Assembly (NCBI GenBank): GCA_010015805.1
Contig: ML978125.1
Location: 186,001-250,000 of the forward strand
Origin: Rhizodiscina lignyota
Taxonomy: Eukaryota
Length of the DNA stretch: 64,000 bases
Reading direction: 5' to 3'
Below the pieces are notes generated by a model, which was given only the letters and a program-made list of their open reading frames with translations, was not told the DNA's origin and did no database searches. A program made the translations under genes and the position numbers. This document shows positions 59,746 through 64,000 of this stretch, one piece after another. Each line of letters begins with the position of its first letter. Position 1 is the stretch's first letter.

Positions 59746-61275
59746 TCACACAATACTGCCAGCGCCCTTAAGCAGCCTCCAAACGCCAATCTTTGGCGCC
59801 TCTCGTCCCGGAATACCACCGGCCTTACTACCCTTCGACACCGTCCTCCTTTCGCGGTCTGGGGAATCACCATACTTGGGCGGCACCATCGGCGGAATTG
59901 GACTCGGCGGTAACGGCCTACTGTGCGAGTGACCTGTCGACCCGCTACTCCACGAGTTCCAACTCTCCCTGTCCTTTTCCTTTATGGGACCGGCGTTCCG
60001 GTGGGACGCCCAATGCGCAAGTCCTGAGGCTGACAAGCGCCGGGGTGGATTTCCGTACGGTGAATATGGCGGCAGAGAGGCAGAGGCCGAGGAGACGGAC
60101 GTTCCGGTACGGTAATTATGGAAGTGCTGAATTGCGTTGCTTCGCTGCTCAGGCTCGAGCCAAAACTCATCGCCTGTAAAGCTGACAGGGTCGAAGCCAA
60201 AGGACTCCATGAATACGACGACATCGTCGAGTACAGCGTCGTCGCTTTTCCGAGTCGACACACTGGCGCCGTCAGTTTCGCCGAGGACGTCTTTGAAGAT
60301 GTCGAGGTTTGCGCCGAAATTGCCGTAGTTGGTGAAGTCACCCACTCCGAATGCCTCATCTGCGTCTTGGAGGGCGTGGACGCGCTTTTGTTGGAGCTTG
60401 ATGGGGCCCGGGACGTATGATGAGCGTCGCCAAGCTGTTTGCTCTGGAGGCACAAGTGTGATGACGGAGCCGCTGCGAAGGCGGAGGGCGTGGGCGAGGC
60501 CATCTGCACCTGGACTGGATCCAGAGTCAAGAGATGAGCTGCCTCTAGAATGTTGACGCTGGCTCTGTCGATTGAGCTTCGCTTGGGATGTTGGCGATAA
60601 TGGACTCTGCTGTTTCGGAGATGGCGCTGGGAGGACTTTGCCTGAGCTTGCACTGCGAGTATGCCTATGTTGTGAGATCTTTTCTTGGCTCGTCGGGTTA
60701 TACATCTCTACCGGGGTGGGTGCCACAGATTCGGGTGTTGCAGGTAAGGGCTTGTTAGTGAACGCCATAGCTTCCACTCGCAGAGTGTCCAACTTCTTCA
60801 GTTGCAAAGCATTTTTGACTCTTTGTCGTTCAGATAGGCCTTTCGGCGTGGTTGTCAATCCAGCTTTCTGACTACCCCTTGCTGCGCTGGCAGGCCTGAT
60901 GTGTTCACGGGATGCACTAGGGCGCCGAGTGCCACTTGTCGTTTTGACAGTGACATGAGTCGATGGACTCCTACCACCACTAGATGTGCTTCTTTTCACC
61001 GTTTCACTCGCAGGTGGAGAGCCTCGAGAGTCTTTTGATTCCAGTCTGGCTGAACCTCGGAGAGTTATGTCGGACTCGTTCGACGAACGGTTCGTTACGC
61101 TCGGCCGTCTCGGTCGCTTTGGCGGAACAGAAGGGCGGGGTGGTGTTTGGCTCTCAGTTAAGCGTACATTCGCCATGGCTTCGCTCAAGGCGTGCTCCAA
61201 TTGCGTTCCAATGGAGGGCTCGCCACGAGTGGGCGAAGGAGTTGAGAAAGGTATTTTGTTTTGAGCTGGGTGCAT
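59746..61275 (-). CDS. Ser/Arg/Pro-rich fungal protein of unknown function
   Basis: 509-aa ORF with short ordered blocks LRLRSGSVITLVPPEQTAWRRSSYVPGPIKL and SDDAVLDDVVVFMESFGF. Confidence 0.78.
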   Translation of the reverse strand: MHPAQNKIPFSTPSPTRGEPSIGTQLEHALSEAMANVRLTESQTPPRPSVPPKRPRRPSVTNRSSNESDITLRGSARLESKDSRGSPPASETVKRSTSSGGRSPSTHVTVKTTSGTRRPSASREHIRPASAARGSQKAGLTTTPKGLSERQRVKNALQLKKLDTLRVEAMAFTNKPLPATPESVAPTPVEMYNPTSQEKISQHRHTRSASSGKVLPAPSPKQQSPLSPTSQAKLNRQSQRQHSRGSSSLDSGSSPGADGLAHALRLRSGSVITLVPPEQTAWRRSSYVPGPIKLQQKRVHALQDADEAFGVGDFTNYGNFGANLDIFKDVLGETDGASVSTRKSDDAVLDDVVVFMESFGFDPVSFTGDEFWLEPEQRSNAIQHFHNYRTGTSVSSASASLPPYSPYGNPPRRLSASGLAHWASHRNAGPIKEKDRESWNSWSSGSTGHSHSRPLPPSPIPPMVPPKYGDSPDRERRTVSKGSKAGGIPGREAPKIGVWRLLKGAGSIV

Positions 61276-61765
61276 GGTTGATGTATGGAAGGCAAAATCA
61301 CAGAAGGCCTGAGTGTTTAAAGAAAGTAGAGAGATGGGAGAGAATGAAGGTACGAAAGGTGTTAATCACCCCGGTCATAGGCGATGCTATGCGCCGGATT
61401 GGGCAGAAGGTGACGTAGAACAAAGAAGCCACACACGTGGCTGGGTCCAGGTGTGCCAACCTACCTCTTCAGTGGTCTGTTAGGGACTTTCATCGGCATC
61501 TATTATGTCTGGATGAGTCGAGTGAATTGCTATTGAGTACATACGGAGTATGGCGTTCGAGTTGATGCGATGTCCTGCACATGCAGAGGGCTGGGATGGT
61601 GCGGCCTTGGCGCTGATCTTCCGTGCTCTCCTCGGACAAAAAATATTCAAGCCCAAATTTCTTCTTCAATTCGACGAATCTCATGTGAAAAATTGTAATA
61701 TTTACAGAAATATAAGGAGAAAGTCCTAAGAGTCATTTCGGGGCATCTGGAACTGCAAGTGAATC

Positions 61766-63685
61766 ATGAAGCGACAGTTAGACGACGCAACTGCGAATGG
61801 CCCGAACAAGAAACAAAATACAACAGATGCAGAGAGCATTGAGAACCGCTTTTCACAAGGCTTGTTCGAGGACAGCAAGCTAGATGCGTACACGAAGGAA
61901 TATGTTAATTCCCAGCCGTATGCTCCCTTCCCAAGACCACTCCAATTAGCTGCTTAAATATTGCATAGGTACAAACATGGCGTGATCCAGGACATCATGG
62001 ACACGACTCTCCTCCGTCGAGTTCGAGACGAGATACAGAAACACCTCTCATTTACACCTAAGGAGACGGATATCTACAAGATCCACCAATCCGGCGATCT
62101 CGCGAACCTCGACGGGCTCGACGACTCCTCCCTAGCCCGGCTCCCGTCCCTGCTCAAGCTTCGCGATGCCCTCTATTCGCCCGAGTTTCGGAAGTATATA
62201 TCACATATTGCGGATGCTGGACCACTGAGTGGGCAGAAGACAGACATGGCCATCAACGTTTACACCCCGAGCTGCCATCTACTGTGCCACGACGATGTGA
62301 TTGGCACACGGCGGGTGAGCTACATTCTGTATTTGACGGATCCAGACAAGCCATGGAAGGCTGAGTGGGGAGGTGCATTGCGTCTATATCCTACGAAAGA
62401 ATACAAGGCAAAGAATGGGACGATGGTGAAGGTTCCAGATCCAGAGTTCAGCTTCTCAATACCGCCGGCATTTAACCAGCTGTCATTCTTCGCAGTCCAG
62501 CCCGGAGAGAGCTTTCATGATGTTGAAGAGGTGTACAAGCAGCCAATTGGAGGCACAGATGATGACGGAAGTAGAGTCAGAATGGCGATAAGTGGCTGGT
62601 ATCACATTCCGCAGGAAGGAGAAGAGGGCTACGAAGAAGGACTAGAGGAGCGGCTAGCTGAAAAGAGCTCTCTCAGCCAGCTGCAGGGAAGGTCTGACGA
62701 ATTCGACCTGCCTCAACCACACTGGATGGCCTATGCCGAAGAGTCGGAAGAAGAAGACGAGGGCCTGACGGAGAAAGACTTGTCTTTCTTACTGAAATAC
62801 ATGAGTCCGAGTTGGCTCACACCAGACACAGTTGAAGAGGCCGCTGAGAGATTTACCGAGGAGTCGACCCTTATGATCAATGATTTTCTGTCCAAGTCCT
62901 TCGTTCGGAAAGTGAGGAAGGACGTAGACCTTCACGAGATGCAACGGCTCGTAGGAGAACCAGAATGGCAGACTGCTCGTCCTCCGCACAAACACCGCTT
63001 CCTCTTCCGACAGTCTCAAGGCCCCACATCTCAGCCAAGTTCAACGGTCTTCCTCGCCGAGCACGAACTGATCAATGAATTCCTCCCTTCTCCGCAGTTC
63101 AAGAAGTGGCTTAGTCTCGTAACAGGCGGCCTCACAATCACCAGGAGCAACGTCCTTGCCCGGAGATTCCGTAAAGGCAGCGACTACACCCTTGCAACGG
63201 GCTACGATGAGCAGCAGCCTCGTCTTGAACTCTCGCTTGGCATTACGCCGAGCAAAGGTTGGGACGGAGATGACAACGGCGCAGATGAAACTAACGCCAC
63301 GCCCGGCGCCGAAGCTAATGGTTCAAGCGCAACACTGAACGGCTCAGAAGGCGACAATGTGGGTGGCCATGAGGTGTACATGGCTGGTGACGACGATGAA
63401 GATGAGGTGGAGTTGAAAGCTTCAAATACTGGTGCTGGACAGCGGCGGAAAGCCGACCCAGCGGTGTACCGTACTGCAGCTGACGATGAAGACGACAGCG
63501 TACTTTTCACTACGCCGGCGAGTTGGAATACGCTGAGCATCGTTCTGCGAGATAAAGGTGTCTTGCGCTTCGTGAAATATATAAGTAAAAGCGCACCTGG
63601 AGATCGGTGGGATGTGTTGGGCGAGTACGATGTCACGGGTTTGGACGAGGAAGAAGATGATGATGAGGATCAGGAAGAAACATGA
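61766..63685 (+). CDS. TPA1: uS12 prolyl 3,4-dihydroxylase Tpa1/Ofd1 (intron 61918-61968)
   Basis: FTPKETDIYKIHQSGDLANL, HLLCHDDVIGTRRVSYILYL, SFHDVEEV, RMAISGWYH and C-terminal LRDKGVLRFVKY. Confidence 0.96.
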
Positions 63686-63773
63686 GTTGCGTAAGGCGAG
63701 AATCAAGATGGATGAATGGAATTTGATGAGCCTAACAGTGAGCTATATACATATGCTCAACTTTCCAGTGTGC

Positions 63774-64000
63774 TTAGAGCTGCAGTCTGAAACTCACGAC
63801 CTCAAATGCCCTCACCACGATATCCATCCCCTTGTCCCCAATCTCACATTCCTCCAAGTCATCTTCCAGCACATTACATCTAGATGCCTTTCTTACCTTC
63901 AGGCCTCCCCAATTCAACCTCGCCTTACACTTCCCGCCCAACGCATCATACAGTCTCACCACGATGCTCCGGCCCTTCCTGGGCGGTAATCCGCCCCGCG
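63774..64000 (-). CDS. AMS1: 3' end of a GH38 alpha-mannosidase (partial; runs off the window)
   Basis: RGGLPPRKGRSIVVRLYDALGGK...NVLEDD...VRAFEVVSFRLQL* matches the fungal Ams1 C-terminus as I recall it. Confidence 0.8.
   Translation of the reverse strand, partial: RGGLPPRKGRSIVVRLYDALGGKCKARLNWGGLKVRKASRCNVLEDDLEECEIGDKGMDIVVRAFEVVSFRLQL

Noticed and set aside
1..64000. tRNA or rRNA genes
   Set aside because: None recognised by eye; a tRNAscan-SE or Infernal run would be needed to exclude them.

Overview
Gene-dense fungal nuclear DNA from a filamentous ascomycete (Pezizomycotina; short GT-AG introns with CTRAY-type branch sites). The window holds about 20 conserved genes: flbC, a SAM methyltransferase, EAF6, TFIIS (DST1), TAF7, a TAF3-like protein, a small Gly/Asn-rich protein, a large F-box protein, an FSH1/CitA-type esterase, NOP12, DEP1, KEX2, a PhoD-like protein, a sulfate permease, a divergent BUB2, a repeat-bearing conserved protein, an intronless bacterial-type ATP-grasp ligase, another conserved unknown, TPA1 and the 3' end of AMS1. 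The most striking item is mostly missed by the ORF track. In an accessory island at about 6.3-11.0 kb, one minus-strand reading frame (about 8630 to 7230) is broken only by eight TAG/TAA stops of the RIP type. Read through, it gives a GIY-YIG-like endonuclease fused to a Cys-rich knuckle and four tandem Cys/His zinc-binding repeats, which suggests a selfish or mobile nuclease silenced by RIP. Also present are a ~240-bp MITE-like inverted-repeat element, a Zn2Cys6 gene with an apparent premature stop, and two head-to-head pairs of general transcription genes. All calls come from manual translation and motif recall; no database search was run.
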